DNA from: an uncultured Gammaproteobacteria bacterium | GTDB lineage: Bacteria; Patescibacteriota; Microgenomatia; UBA12405; JAHJSD01 | Direction of reading: 5' to 3' | Assembly (NCBI GenBank): GCA_964428655.1 | Contig: CAYRYE010000001.1 | Coordinates: 312,406 to 376,405 of the forward strand | Length of the DNA stretch: 64,000 nucleotides | Part shown: positions 1 through 8,769 of the stretch, piece by piece | How the letters are laid out: every line of letters begins with the position of its first letter | How positions within the stretch are numbered: position 1 is the first letter of the stretch | The notes under the pieces: generated by a model | Database searches by the model: none | Told to the model about the DNA's origin: nothing | The model's input: only the letters and a program-made list of their open reading frames with translations | Made by a program: the position numbers and the translations under genes

Positions 1-6
1 AAGTTA

Positions 7-957
7 ATGGCCCGGATAATTAAGCGTATTAATTCAGGCTTTGACTGTTTTATCAAGGATAATCCCCAATATCGTTCCAGCCAACGGGCTTTTGCCATTA
101 ACGCCACCCCTTTTTCTTTTATTAGAAATAAAGAAGGTCGGTTTTATGGCGGGGGACAATCGGTAAGAACCTTTCATGTTCATTGTTTTTTAATGCCTGG
201 GAAATTAAAAAAAATTGAGCTTCCGGAAGAAAAAGCCCCGTTAGTTTATCCCACGACTTTTTCTTTGGCATTGTTTAATCTGATTTTCAACTCCGAAAAG
301 ATTCATCAGGCTATTTTTGCCGGCAAAGAGGAGGAATTTAAAAGCACTAAGCGAGGAGTCGTTTTTAGCTGGAAAGGTGGTTTAGAAGATTTAGTTTCAA
401 TTCTAAATGAAATTGACGAGATTTTCTATAAGCTTCAGTTGAGCTTGATTTTTGCCTTTTATCAGGATGGTCAGAGTTTTTTGGATAAATTGGCAGATTT
501 TATGACCGTTGATTATTTAGAAAAAATTAAGGAAAAAAGAGAAAAATTGGTTTTATTAGGCAAGGAAAGGGGATTAGAAGAAGCCAGAATTCTGTTGACT
601 AGAGAACTTTTAAGATTAGGGGAAGGTTATAAAGTTAATTTTTCCAAAAGGAAAATAGAGAAGATTTGTCAACATTTGACTTTAGACCAAAACGGCGATC
701 TTTCTTCTTGGGTTGGAAACAAAATAGTAGTTTTAAGGCCGGGAATGGGTTATGGCTGTTTTGTGGAGATATTTGGTAGTAAACTCAGCATTCATCTGTC
801 GCCTCTTGATTCCCTTTTTCCGGAAGGAACTATGGAATCAACGGGGTTTTTGTTTGTGAAGAAGATCAAAATTGAACAAAAACCGGCTTGGTTAAAGAAA
901 TTTCTTGATTGTTTTCAATCTTCTTGCCCTTCTTGTTCTTTACTCCACCGAGGTTGA
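7..957 (+). CDS. hypothetical protein; the frame is open to the window edge and may start upstream
   Basis: Long ORF with protein-like composition; I recognise no motif; converges on the minus-strand ABC transporter cluster. Confidence 0.3.
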   Translation: MARIIKRINSGFDCFIKDNPQYRSSQRAFAINATPFSFIRNKEGRFYGGGQSVRTFHVHCFLMPGKLKKIELPEEKAPLVYPTTFSLALFNLIFNSEKIHQAIFAGKEEEFKSTKRGVVFSWKGGLEDLVSILNEIDEIFYKLQLSLIFAFYQDGQSFLDKLADFMTVDYLEKIKEKREKLVLLGKERGLEEARILLTRELLRLGEGYKVNFSKRKIEKICQHLTLDQNGDLSSWVGNKIVVLRPGMGYGCFVEIFGSKLSIHLSPLDSLFPEGTMESTGFLFVKKIKIEQKPAWLKKFLDCFQSSCPSCSLLHRG

Positions 958-1457
958 ATTAAGACTGAACGAAGTCCGAGATTGCTTAGGTAGACTTTGT
1001 CTTCATTGGGAAGTCGGATGTAATCGCTTTCAAAATCCGGCCCAACCATGCCGATTAAAAGATGAAGTAAAAGATTGTCGTCTTGAGAGGCTTTTAGATT
1101 AATAGCCTGGAATTCTCCCAGGCCATACTTTGAATGATTATCTTTATTTTGGGAAACCAAATCTGTTTTTTTCACCTCTTTTAAACCGGAAAGAAGTTTG
1201 TCAATCTTCTCCTGGTCGGCAATTGAGTTTTCTTCAGAGACAACCAGCCAATTATCATTGTCTTTTTTCAAAATCGCTTTTTCCTGGCCAATTGTAATCT
1301 CAATCTTGTTAACCAAATCAATTGTTTCTAACAGCCATGGCTTATTCTCAACACTTTTGGGAGAGAATTTTAAAAATGCCAGCACTCCGGCTAAAATAAC
1401 AAGCGTTGTGAAGCTTAATAAAAAGGGATCGGTTAATTTTTTAGGCAGTTTAACCAT
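915..1457 (-). CDS. membrane-anchored protein, probably a DUF4340-like component associated with GldG-type ABC systems
   Basis: N-terminal TM helix; last gene of the co-directional gldA/F/G-like cluster; start overlaps the upstream gene. Confidence 0.35.
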   Translation of the reverse strand: MVKLPKKLTDPFLLSFTTLVILAGVLAFLKFSPKSVENKPWLLETIDLVNKIEITIGQEKAILKKDNDNWLVVSEENSIADQEKIDKLLSGLKEVKKTDLVSQNKDNHSKYGLGEFQAINLKASQDDNLLLHLLIGMVGPDFESDYIRLPNEDKVYLSNLGLRSVLIQPRWSKEQEGQED

Positions 1458-2997
1458 GTTTTTTTCTTTTCCATCTGACCAGGGTTGCTAACGCTAAGAG
1501 AATTACTGGACCGCCGGCTAAACCAATGATTTTGAATGTCTGCTTTTCTTTTTCAGTAATCTGCTTCAATGGTCGGGAAAAAACAGTTTTACTCCTAATA
1601 CTGATTAATTGGATGTCGGCTGAAAGATAATCAACTAGATTAAGAAGGAAGTGGGCATTTTCCGGGGAAGAGGTAACAGTTTGGTCTTCAATAAAGTTAG
1701 CGTCGCCAACAACGGCCAGTTTAACGGCATCTGTTTTGTTTTTGAATTCAGTAATGTCTAGTTTTTCAAGATTTTTGGGCTTCTCTTTAGCAAACAAACT
1801 GTCAAATTGATTGGTTTGGATAGCAGCTAAAATAAACTGGTCATTATTTTCGCCAGCGAAACTCCATTTTTTAGTTGGGCTTAGATTGTTGAATCCAGAG
1901 GTAATTACTGCCTTTGGTGTTGACTGCCAAAGCGCTTTTGCCTCCTTGTCAAGTTTTAAGGAAGATACCCAGGGGAAGACAACAGATTCTAAACTGGCAG
2001 TTGGAGGCAGGTTGTGGCTGGCATTTTCACTCCTGGTTTTGACCCAGAAAGGATAGGGAGTCATAAAAGCCCCTTGCTCAGTTCTGAAAGTGGCAAACGC
2101 CGCCGAGGAATCAACGACTAAGTTTTTATTAACATTGATTCCAAAGTGGTCCAGCAAATCATCAAGATTGTTATTAATTTCAGTAGACATTAGTCCTTCA
2201 CCCACAAAAACCTTATCCAGAAGGAGAATAACTCCTTTTTGATTCATTAAAAGCTGATCAATAATCAGCTTAGCCTCCTGAGAGAATTCCTCTTTGGGGC
2301 CGGCTACGATAAGTGTTTCTATTGTTTCATCGAGTTTTACTGATTCTTGGGATAAATCTAAAGTTGAAACCTGGTAATTTAATTGGAGCAGTTTGTTAAT
2401 TTGCCTGAGTTGAAGTTGATCAATTTCTCCCAGACCGGCAGAAAAAGCAATTTTAGGAAGCGCTTCCTTTTGCATCTTTTTAATGGTGGCTGTCAGGTGA
2501 TACTCTAGATTGTTGATTTCTTGAAGAGCGGGAATAGTTTGTTTTTCTCCGGCATAAAATATTACTAGGCCAAAATAACCTTGAATTACCTCAAATTTAT
2601 CTTCTTTTACTGATGAGAATTGAAGAGGAGTAATGCCCAGCGAGATAGCCTCTTCTTGCAAAGCCTCATCTTTTTGAGGGTCAAGCCAAATTAATTTTAC
2701 TTTTCCCTTACTTGATTTTTGATATTGGCTGAGAGTATTTTTAAGTATTTTTTTAAGTGGGGTTAATTCAAGAGGAAGATTGCCGGAAACAAAAGCTTTA
2801 ATAGTAACAATATCATCTAGATCAACCAGTATTTTTTTAGTGGTGGCTGTTAAAGAGTGAGTCTTATTGCTGGTGAGATCAATACTGATAGGTATTAGGT
2901 GGACAATGATATTGATAATAATAGCAATTAAAATTAAGTTGATGCCGGTAGCCCAGAGTTTGGTATGGCGCAGTTTTTTCAACTTTTTAGTAATCAC
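1450..2997 (-). CDS. GldG-like auxiliary component of an ABC-type uncharacterised transport system
   Basis: 515 aa with N- and C-terminal TM anchors around a large extracytoplasmic domain; immediately downstream of an ABC-2 permease and ATPase with overlapping junctions. Confidence 0.55.
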   Translation of the reverse strand: MITKKLKKLRHTKLWATGINLILIAIIINIIVHLIPISIDLTSNKTHSLTATTKKILVDLDDIVTIKAFVSGNLPLELTPLKKILKNTLSQYQKSSKGKVKLIWLDPQKDEALQEEAISLGITPLQFSSVKEDKFEVIQGYFGLVIFYAGEKQTIPALQEINNLEYHLTATIKKMQKEALPKIAFSAGLGEIDQLQLRQINKLLQLNYQVSTLDLSQESVKLDETIETLIVAGPKEEFSQEAKLIIDQLLMNQKGVILLLDKVFVGEGLMSTEINNNLDDLLDHFGINVNKNLVVDSSAAFATFRTEQGAFMTPYPFWVKTRSENASHNLPPTASLESVVFPWVSSLKLDKEAKALWQSTPKAVITSGFNNLSPTKKWSFAGENNDQFILAAIQTNQFDSLFAKEKPKNLEKLDITEFKNKTDAVKLAVVGDANFIEDQTVTSSPENAHFLLNLVDYLSADIQLISIRSKTVFSRPLKQITEKEKQTFKIIGLAGGPVILLALATLVRWKRKKHG

Positions 2998-3727
2998 GGC
3001 TTTTTAATGAAGCAATAGTTAACCAAATGAAAATAAAAATCCAGGAGAGATAAAAAATTAGACTGGTGAGAGCGATATTGCCGCCGATTAAGAAAATAAA
3101 GTGGAAATTCAAGCTTAGGTTTGAGAAAATATTGATCAAACTATCGGGCAGGCGGCTGAGAAGATTTTCTTGGCCAAGGAGAAAATTAATTAAAAGAAAA
3201 GTAGTACTGGCAAGAAAGGCAACAACCGGATTATTGCTTAAACTTGAAAAAAACATGCCCGCGGCAATATAGCCTCCTGCTAAAAGCATAGTGCCCAGAT
3301 AACTGCCGGCTATAATTCCCCAATCAGGTTTTCCCAGAATACTGATGATAATGACTAAGGGCAATGTTAACAAAATAGTAAATACAGTGAAAATAAAGGC
3401 TGAAAGAAACTTGGCTAAAACAACACTTTTTTCATTAACCGGCAGGGTAAGTAAAATCTCCCAAGTTTTTGATTTTTTTTCTTCAGCAAATAAATTCATT
3501 GTAATCGCCGGCAGGAAAAAGAGGAATAAAAAGGGGAGAAGGTTAAATAAAGGCTCCAGAGAAGCCTGGTTAATTAAGAAAAAGTCTTGCAAAAATAACC
3601 AAGTGGCAATTAAAGAGAAAAGTCCGGAAAAGATAAAGCCCAAAGGAGAAATTAAATAATTATAATAAACCTCTTTGGTTAACAGAGCCAGAAAGTTATT
3701 TGGCAGAGAATGAGTTTTTTTGGTCAT
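2987..3727 (-). CDS. ABC-2 family permease (GldF-like)
   Basis: Polytopic hydrophobic 246-aa protein between the ABC ATPase and the GldG-like gene. Confidence 0.55.
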   Translation of the reverse strand: MTKKTHSLPNNFLALLTKEVYYNYLISPLGFIFSGLFSLIATWLFLQDFFLINQASLEPLFNLLPFLFLFFLPAITMNLFAEEKKSKTWEILLTLPVNEKSVVLAKFLSAFIFTVFTILLTLPLVIIISILGKPDWGIIAGSYLGTMLLAGGYIAAGMFFSSLSNNPVVAFLASTTFLLINFLLGQENLLSRLPDSLINIFSNLSLNFHFIFLIGGNIALTSLIFYLSWIFIFIWLTIASLKSRDY

Positions 3728-4419
3728 GATCTAGTTGATTCCAGAAACAGTTTTTCCAGTGAATGGCGTTTTCGTTTTAATTTACTGATTTCTTTTTCGG
3801 CAACAAGCTTGCCTTTGTGAATGATGATTATTTTCTGACAAACGGCCTCGGCCTCAGATAAGATATGGGTTGAGAAAATAACTGCTTTGTTTTTAGCAAT
3901 CCTTTTAATTAAAGTTTTGATTTCTGCTTGTTGGTTGGGGTCAAGGCCGCTGGTTGGTTCATCCATGATTACCAATTTAGGATCATGAATTAAGGTTGCC
4001 GCCAGCCCCACTCTTTGGCGGTAACCGCGGGAAAGAGTCTCAATTGTTCTGGTTAAAATATCTTCAATACCACAGTTTTTAGCAACATAATTGATTCTTT
4101 CCCCAAGAGATGACTTTTCAATTTGATGCATTTTGCCGATAAAACTTAAATATTCCAAAGGAGTGAATTGAGAATAGAGGGGATTTTCTTCAGGCAGATA
4201 ACCGATTAAATGGCGCGCTTGGTCAGGCGGCAGTTTATTAATAGTCACTTTTCCTTTATTTGGCTTAAGAAAACCGGTAATTAAACGCATTGTAGTTGTT
4301 TTGCCGGCCCCATTTGGCCCCAAAAAACCCACAATCTCTCCGGCCTTGACTTTGAAACTAATATTATTCACGGCGATTAAATCGCCGAATTCTTTACTAA
4401 GTTTTTTCGCCTGGAGCAT
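3724..4419 (-). CDS. ABC transporter ATP-binding protein (GldA-like)
   Basis: Walker A GPNGAGKTT, signature LSRGYRQRV, Walker B IMDEPTSGLD. Confidence 0.85.
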   Translation of the reverse strand: MLQAKKLSKEFGDLIAVNNISFKVKAGEIVGFLGPNGAGKTTTMRLITGFLKPNKGKVTINKLPPDQARHLIGYLPEENPLYSQFTPLEYLSFIGKMHQIEKSSLGERINYVAKNCGIEDILTRTIETLSRGYRQRVGLAATLIHDPKLVIMDEPTSGLDPNQQAEIKTLIKRIAKNKAVIFSTHILSEAEAVCQKIIIIHKGKLVAEKEISKLKRKRHSLEKLFLESTRS

Positions 4420-4467
4420 GATAGTAGATATAATAATTTATCGCTCGGTATTTATCAATTAGTATTT

Positions 4468-5325
4468 TTATTCCTCCTGCTGCCAATGGGGGTTAGCGAC
4501 TACCTGTAAATCTAAGAATATCTTTTTATTGGTAATGAGTTCTAATTCTTTTCTGGCAATGGTACCAATCTCTTTAATAGTTTTACCCTTTTTACCAATA
4601 ATAATTGGTTTATAGCGGTCAGAGCTGGTAAATATAGTTGCCTTAATATAAAATCGGTTTTCGTTCTCTTCAATTTCCTCGACTTTAACTCCGATAGTGT
4701 AGGGGACTTCTTGACGAAGGATTAAAAAGGTTTTTTCTCGAATTATTTCAGCAACAAATTCTTTAGGCGTGATGCCCAAAGCAGGAAACGCTTTAAAAGA
4801 TTCAGGATCAAAAATTGGTTCGCCTTCAGGCAGAAGCTCAAAAATTTTCTCTAACAGGCTTTTAAGGTGTTTGCCTTTTAGGGCCGAGATTTCTATCCAA
4901 GCATTGAATTCATCTTCTAAGAATTGATACTCATAAGTGTAGTTGGGTTTGTTGATATCGATTTTATTAAGAGCTAGAATTTTTGGTTTGTTAACTTGTC
5001 TTACTAATCCTAAAATTCGATTTTCCTCATCCCCCCGCGAGCGCGAACGGTCGATTAAATAAATAATCAAATCAGCGTTGGAAAGTTCTTTTTTGGCCAG
5101 ACTGGATATTTTTTTAGCCGCAGTGTTTTTTATTTTGGCAAAGACTCCGGGAGTATCCAAAAATATGATTTGACCCCTTTCATCCCAGTAAACTCCTTGG
5201 ATGATTTTTCGGGTGGTTTGAGGCAGGGGCGAAACAATAGAGATTTTCTTTCCCACTAAAGAATTAATCAGGGTAGATTTTCCTGAGTTTGGCCGGCCAA
5301 CAATGATAATTTTACCAACCTTCAT
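4468..5325 (-). CDS. era: GTPase Era
   Basis: G1 GRPNSGKSTL, G3 DTPG, NKID; C-terminal KH domain (VEIEENENRFYIKATIF...). Confidence 0.85.
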   Translation of the reverse strand: MKVGKIIIVGRPNSGKSTLINSLVGKKISIVSPLPQTTRKIIQGVYWDERGQIIFLDTPGVFAKIKNTAAKKISSLAKKELSNADLIIYLIDRSRSRGDEENRILGLVRQVNKPKILALNKIDINKPNYTYEYQFLEDEFNAWIEISALKGKHLKSLLEKIFELLPEGEPIFDPESFKAFPALGITPKEFVAEIIREKTFLILRQEVPYTIGVKVEEIEENENRFYIKATIFTSSDRYKPIIIGKKGKTIKEIGTIARKELELITNKKIFLDLQVVANPHWQQEE

Positions 5326-5418
5326 TGTTATTGACTTTAGCAACGATACTTAGGTAAATTATACAAGCAGTTGCTAGGTTTGACAATTAGCAGAAATTTT
5401 GTTAGACTGCTAATATTC

Positions 5419-7806
5419 ATGGCGATACTTTTACCACCTAGAAAAATAACCCATCGAGAAGGAATTTTACCCTTAGTTCCGGTGAGGAATTTGGTCCCTT
5501 TTCCCCATGTTGATTTTCAGCTGATTTTTGGCCGGCCCAGGTCAACCGATGCCCTAATGAGCTCTTTTGAAAGTGATAAGCTGATAATGGTCGTGGCCCA
5601 AAAAGACTTTCGAGTTGATGACCCTAAAGATAAAGATCTTTATAAAATTGGTGTTATTTGCCGGGTTGAGCACGTTGTCCGCATAAACGGCACTGTTCAC
5701 GCCACCTTTAAAGGAATAAGGCGGGCTAAAATAATAGAGTTTATTGGCAAAGATCCCTATATGAGAGTTAAAGTTAAGCCGCTTAAGGAAATTGTTGAGA
5801 AGATAAGGGAAATCAAGGTCTTGGCCGATCATTTAATTCGTGATCTCAAAAAAGCTTTTAATTTGGGAAAGACTTTTGACCCCGGTATTTTAATGAAATT
5901 AAGCAGCGGGATAAGGGTTGGAGAGTTAACTGACCAAGTGGCTTTTTCCTTGGATCTTTCGGTGGGTGAAAAACAGAAGATTTTGGAAATTCTCCCTATG
6001 AAGTCAAGACTGAAAGAAATCGGTGAAAAGCTGGCTCATGAGATTAATGTTTTAAAACTTGACCAGACAATTGAGAAAAAAGCTCGAGATAAATTTGATA
6101 AGCAAATGAAAAGGGCTGTTCTTCAAGAAAAGAAAAAAGAGATTAATAAGGAGCTCAAGAGTATGGGTATTGGTCGGGGAGCAGACAGCGACTTGGAAGA
6201 ATTAGAAAAGAAAATTAAAGCCGCCGGGATGCCCATTGAAGTTAAAAAGAGGGCTAATCGAGAGTTAAAACAGTTAAGTAAAATGTCTTCTTTTGCTCCT
6301 CAGGCCAGTTATATTAGGACATATTTGGATTGGTTGGTGGAAATGCCTTGGAGTAAGAAAAGTCAAGTTAGCGTTAGTCTGAAAAAGTCAAAGAAGATTT
6401 TAGACGATGATCATTACGGATTAAAAGAAGTTAAAGAAAGAATGCTTGAATATTTAGCGGTGATGAAACTCCGTCAGAAAAATGACAAAGGCAAAAATGG
6501 GAAAAAAAAGCAAGCGGACGGAAATATTAATATCCTCTGTTTTATCGGCCCCCCGGGAGTAGGCAAGACTTCAATTGGCAAGTCTATTGCCCGAGCCTTG
6601 GGGAGAAAGTTTGTTAGGATTTCTTTGGGAGGCATCCGTGATGAAGCTGAAATTAGGGGCCACCGCCGAACTTATGTTGGCGCTCTGCCGGGAAGAATTA
6701 TTCAGGGGATTAAAAACGCCGGGACCAAAAATCCAGTTTTTATGCTGGATGAGATTGATAAAGTAGGCGCTGATTTTCGGGGTGATCCCTCCGCGGCTCT
6801 ATTGGAAGCCCTAGATCCGGAGCAAAACAAGGAATTCTCTGATCATTATTTGGAGATGCCTTTTGATTTATCAGAAGTTTTCTTTATTCTTACTGCCAAC
6901 GTGACTGATACAATTCCTTCGCCGTTGCTTGATCGTTTGGAAACAATTCGTTTTTCCGGCTACACTGAGGAAGAGAAACTTTCCATTGCTAAAAAACATC
7001 TTTTGTCAAAACAATTAGCAAGACATGGTCTTTCTTTAAAAGAGTTAGCCTTAGGAGACAAAGTCTTAAAAGAGATTATTAAGGCCTATACTCGGGAAGC
7101 AGGAGTAAGAGAATTGGAAAGAGTAATTGCTAGTGTTTGCCGCAAGGTGGCAAAAAGAATCGCTGAGAAGAAAAAGACTGATCCTAAAATCAATCTTCAA
7201 ATGCTCCGTCGTTTTTTAGGTCCGCGGAAATTTAGTCATCAACTCAAGGGCCAAAAAGATGAAGTGGGTGTTTCTACTGGTTTGGCCTGGACCCAAACCG
7301 GCGGAGATATTCTTTTTGTTGAAACAGCTTTGATGCCCGGCAAAGGCAAATTGGCCTTAACGGGCCAACTGGGTGATGTTATGAAAGAATCTTGTCGGGC
7401 CGCTTTGTCTTATGTTAGGAGTCATTGGAAAGAATTAGGAGTTAAAGATAAGGATTTTTTTAGCAAGTTAGACTTTCATATCCATGTGCCGGAAGGAGCA
7501 GTGCCCAAAGACGGCCCATCGGCAGGGGTAACGATTACCACTTCTTTGGTTTCGGCTTTGACTGGCAAACCGGCCAGGAAGAATGTTGGCATGACCGGAG
7601 AGGTTACTTTAAGGGGCAGGGTATTGCAAATTGGCGGACTCAAAGAGAAAGTTTTAGCGGCCCACAGAGCCGGCATTAAGACAATTATTCTGCCAAAAGA
7701 GAATAGAAAAGATCTTCGTAATGTTCCTAAGAAAGTCAAAGACAGCCTGAAATTTATCTTTATTGAAAAATCAGACCAAGCCTTAAAAGAAGCCTTAAGG
7801 AATTAA
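5419..7806 (+). CDS. lon: ATP-dependent Lon protease (LonA)
   Basis: N-terminal LON domain, AAA+ Walker A GPPGVGKTS, C-terminal protease domain with PSAG...GEVTLRG and catalytic K. Confidence 0.9.
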   Translation: MAILLPPRKITHREGILPLVPVRNLVPFPHVDFQLIFGRPRSTDALMSSFESDKLIMVVAQKDFRVDDPKDKDLYKIGVICRVEHVVRINGTVHATFKGIRRAKIIEFIGKDPYMRVKVKPLKEIVEKIREIKVLADHLIRDLKKAFNLGKTFDPGILMKLSSGIRVGELTDQVAFSLDLSVGEKQKILEILPMKSRLKEIGEKLAHEINVLKLDQTIEKKARDKFDKQMKRAVLQEKKKEINKELKSMGIGRGADSDLEELEKKIKAAGMPIEVKKRANRELKQLSKMSSFAPQASYIRTYLDWLVEMPWSKKSQVSVSLKKSKKILDDDHYGLKEVKERMLEYLAVMKLRQKNDKGKNGKKKQADGNINILCFIGPPGVGKTSIGKSIARALGRKFVRISLGGIRDEAEIRGHRRTYVGALPGRIIQGIKNAGTKNPVFMLDEIDKVGADFRGDPSAALLEALDPEQNKEFSDHYLEMPFDLSEVFFILTANVTDTIPSPLLDRLETIRFSGYTEEEKLSIAKKHLLSKQLARHGLSLKELALGDKVLKEIIKAYTREAGVRELERVIASVCRKVAKRIAEKKKTDPKINLQMLRRFLGPRKFSHQLKGQKDEVGVSTGLAWTQTGGDILFVETALMPGKGKLALTGQLGDVMKESCRAALSYVRSHWKELGVKDKDFFSKLDFHIHVPEGAVPKDGPSAGVTITTSLVSALTGKPARKNVGMTGEVTLRGRVLQIGGLKEKVLAAHRAGIKTIILPKENRKDLRNVPKKVKDSLKFIFIEKSDQALKEALRN

Positions 7807-8262
7807 TGAATATGTTAAAACTTGGTAATGTTTAGTTGAAGGTCCTTCTATTTTGTTAAAAAGAGACAAAAGGGAAACAAGGAAACTAACGAGATAATTT
7901 TCAGTCTTCGTGCCCACCACAGGTAGACGAGCCCCGGGGAGAAAGCCACCATATTTTCTTCCAGTCCGCATTCAAAGCATTCAAGATAAAATGAACGCCG
8001 CAAGGATCGTTCGTGGCTCAAAAGCCTCTCCTTCTGACATAAAAACAAGATTATCGTTATTCAGAAGATTGAACGATTTAACATAAAATCTCCCAAAGCC
8101 AACGCCTCCAAATATATGTTGTGTCAATTTGACAAATGAAAGGCAGTTGATATAATCAGTCTTGTTATGCGTATAATTACTGAGAAGAAAAGAGATTGGC
8201 TTTGCATTAAATTTTCCAAGTCCGATTTTTAGCGGGGGCATTATCCGTTTGGAGAAAACTAA

Positions 8263-8291
8263 CCCCCGACGCTTCGGGGGCCTTTTCGTTT
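8263..8291 (+). terminator. intrinsic terminator hairpin (cccccga-cgct-tcggggg) followed by a T-run, 14 nt upstream of greA
   Basis: 7-bp GC stem, 4-nt loop, then ccttttcgttt; an upstream GGGGG run at 8231-8235 could form an alternative pairing. Confidence 0.5.
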
Positions 8292-8304
8292 CAGAGACAA
8301 AAGA

Positions 8305-8754
8305 ATGAAAAATATAGTTACTAAAATTGGTTATAGAAAACTGAGAAAAAGACTAGAAGAACTAAAGAGTCGTAGGGCGGAATTGGTCAAAGAAATGGAA
8401 TTGACCAGACAAGAAGGCGATTTAGCTGAAAATTCCGCTTATCATCAATTGCGGGAGACTATTATTTTAGTCGCCAGTCAGATTGATGATATTGGGCAAA
8501 AATTAGTTCATGTTGAGATTGCCGAGAAAAATAACAACGGTGTTGTTGAAGTTGGCAGTGAACTTGTTGTAGAAGTTAATGGTCAAGTTAAAAATCTCCA
8601 AATTGTAGGCAACGGAGAGTCAAATCCTTTGAAAGGTAAAATTTCTTACCAGTCGCCAATAGGCGCTGGCCTGTTGGGCAAGAAAAGAAAAGCTGTTATT
8701 AAAATAAAAACACCGAGGGGAACCATAGAATATCGCATTTTAGAGATTAAATAG
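8305..8754 (+). CDS. greA: transcription elongation factor GreA
   Basis: N-terminal coiled-coil with acidic tip (GDLAENSAYH) and C-terminal FKBP-like domain; 149 aa. Confidence 0.85.
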   Translation: MKNIVTKIGYRKLRKRLEELKSRRAELVKEMELTRQEGDLAENSAYHQLRETIILVASQIDDIGQKLVHVEIAEKNNNGVVEVGSELVVEVNGQVKNLQIVGNGESNPLKGKISYQSPIGAGLLGKKRKAVIKIKTPRGTIEYRILEIK

Positions 8755-8769
8755 CTATAATGGTTTAGT

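Noticed and set aside
5554-5832. Antisense or alternative-frame ORFs embedded in lon, lysS, serS, secA, GH130 and other long genes (e.g. 5554-5832, 9362-9637, 12712-13017, 14554-14787, 45282-45602, 53924-54334)
   Set aside because: Each lies wholly inside a well-supported gene on the other strand or frame and has low-complexity composition. Treated as spurious.
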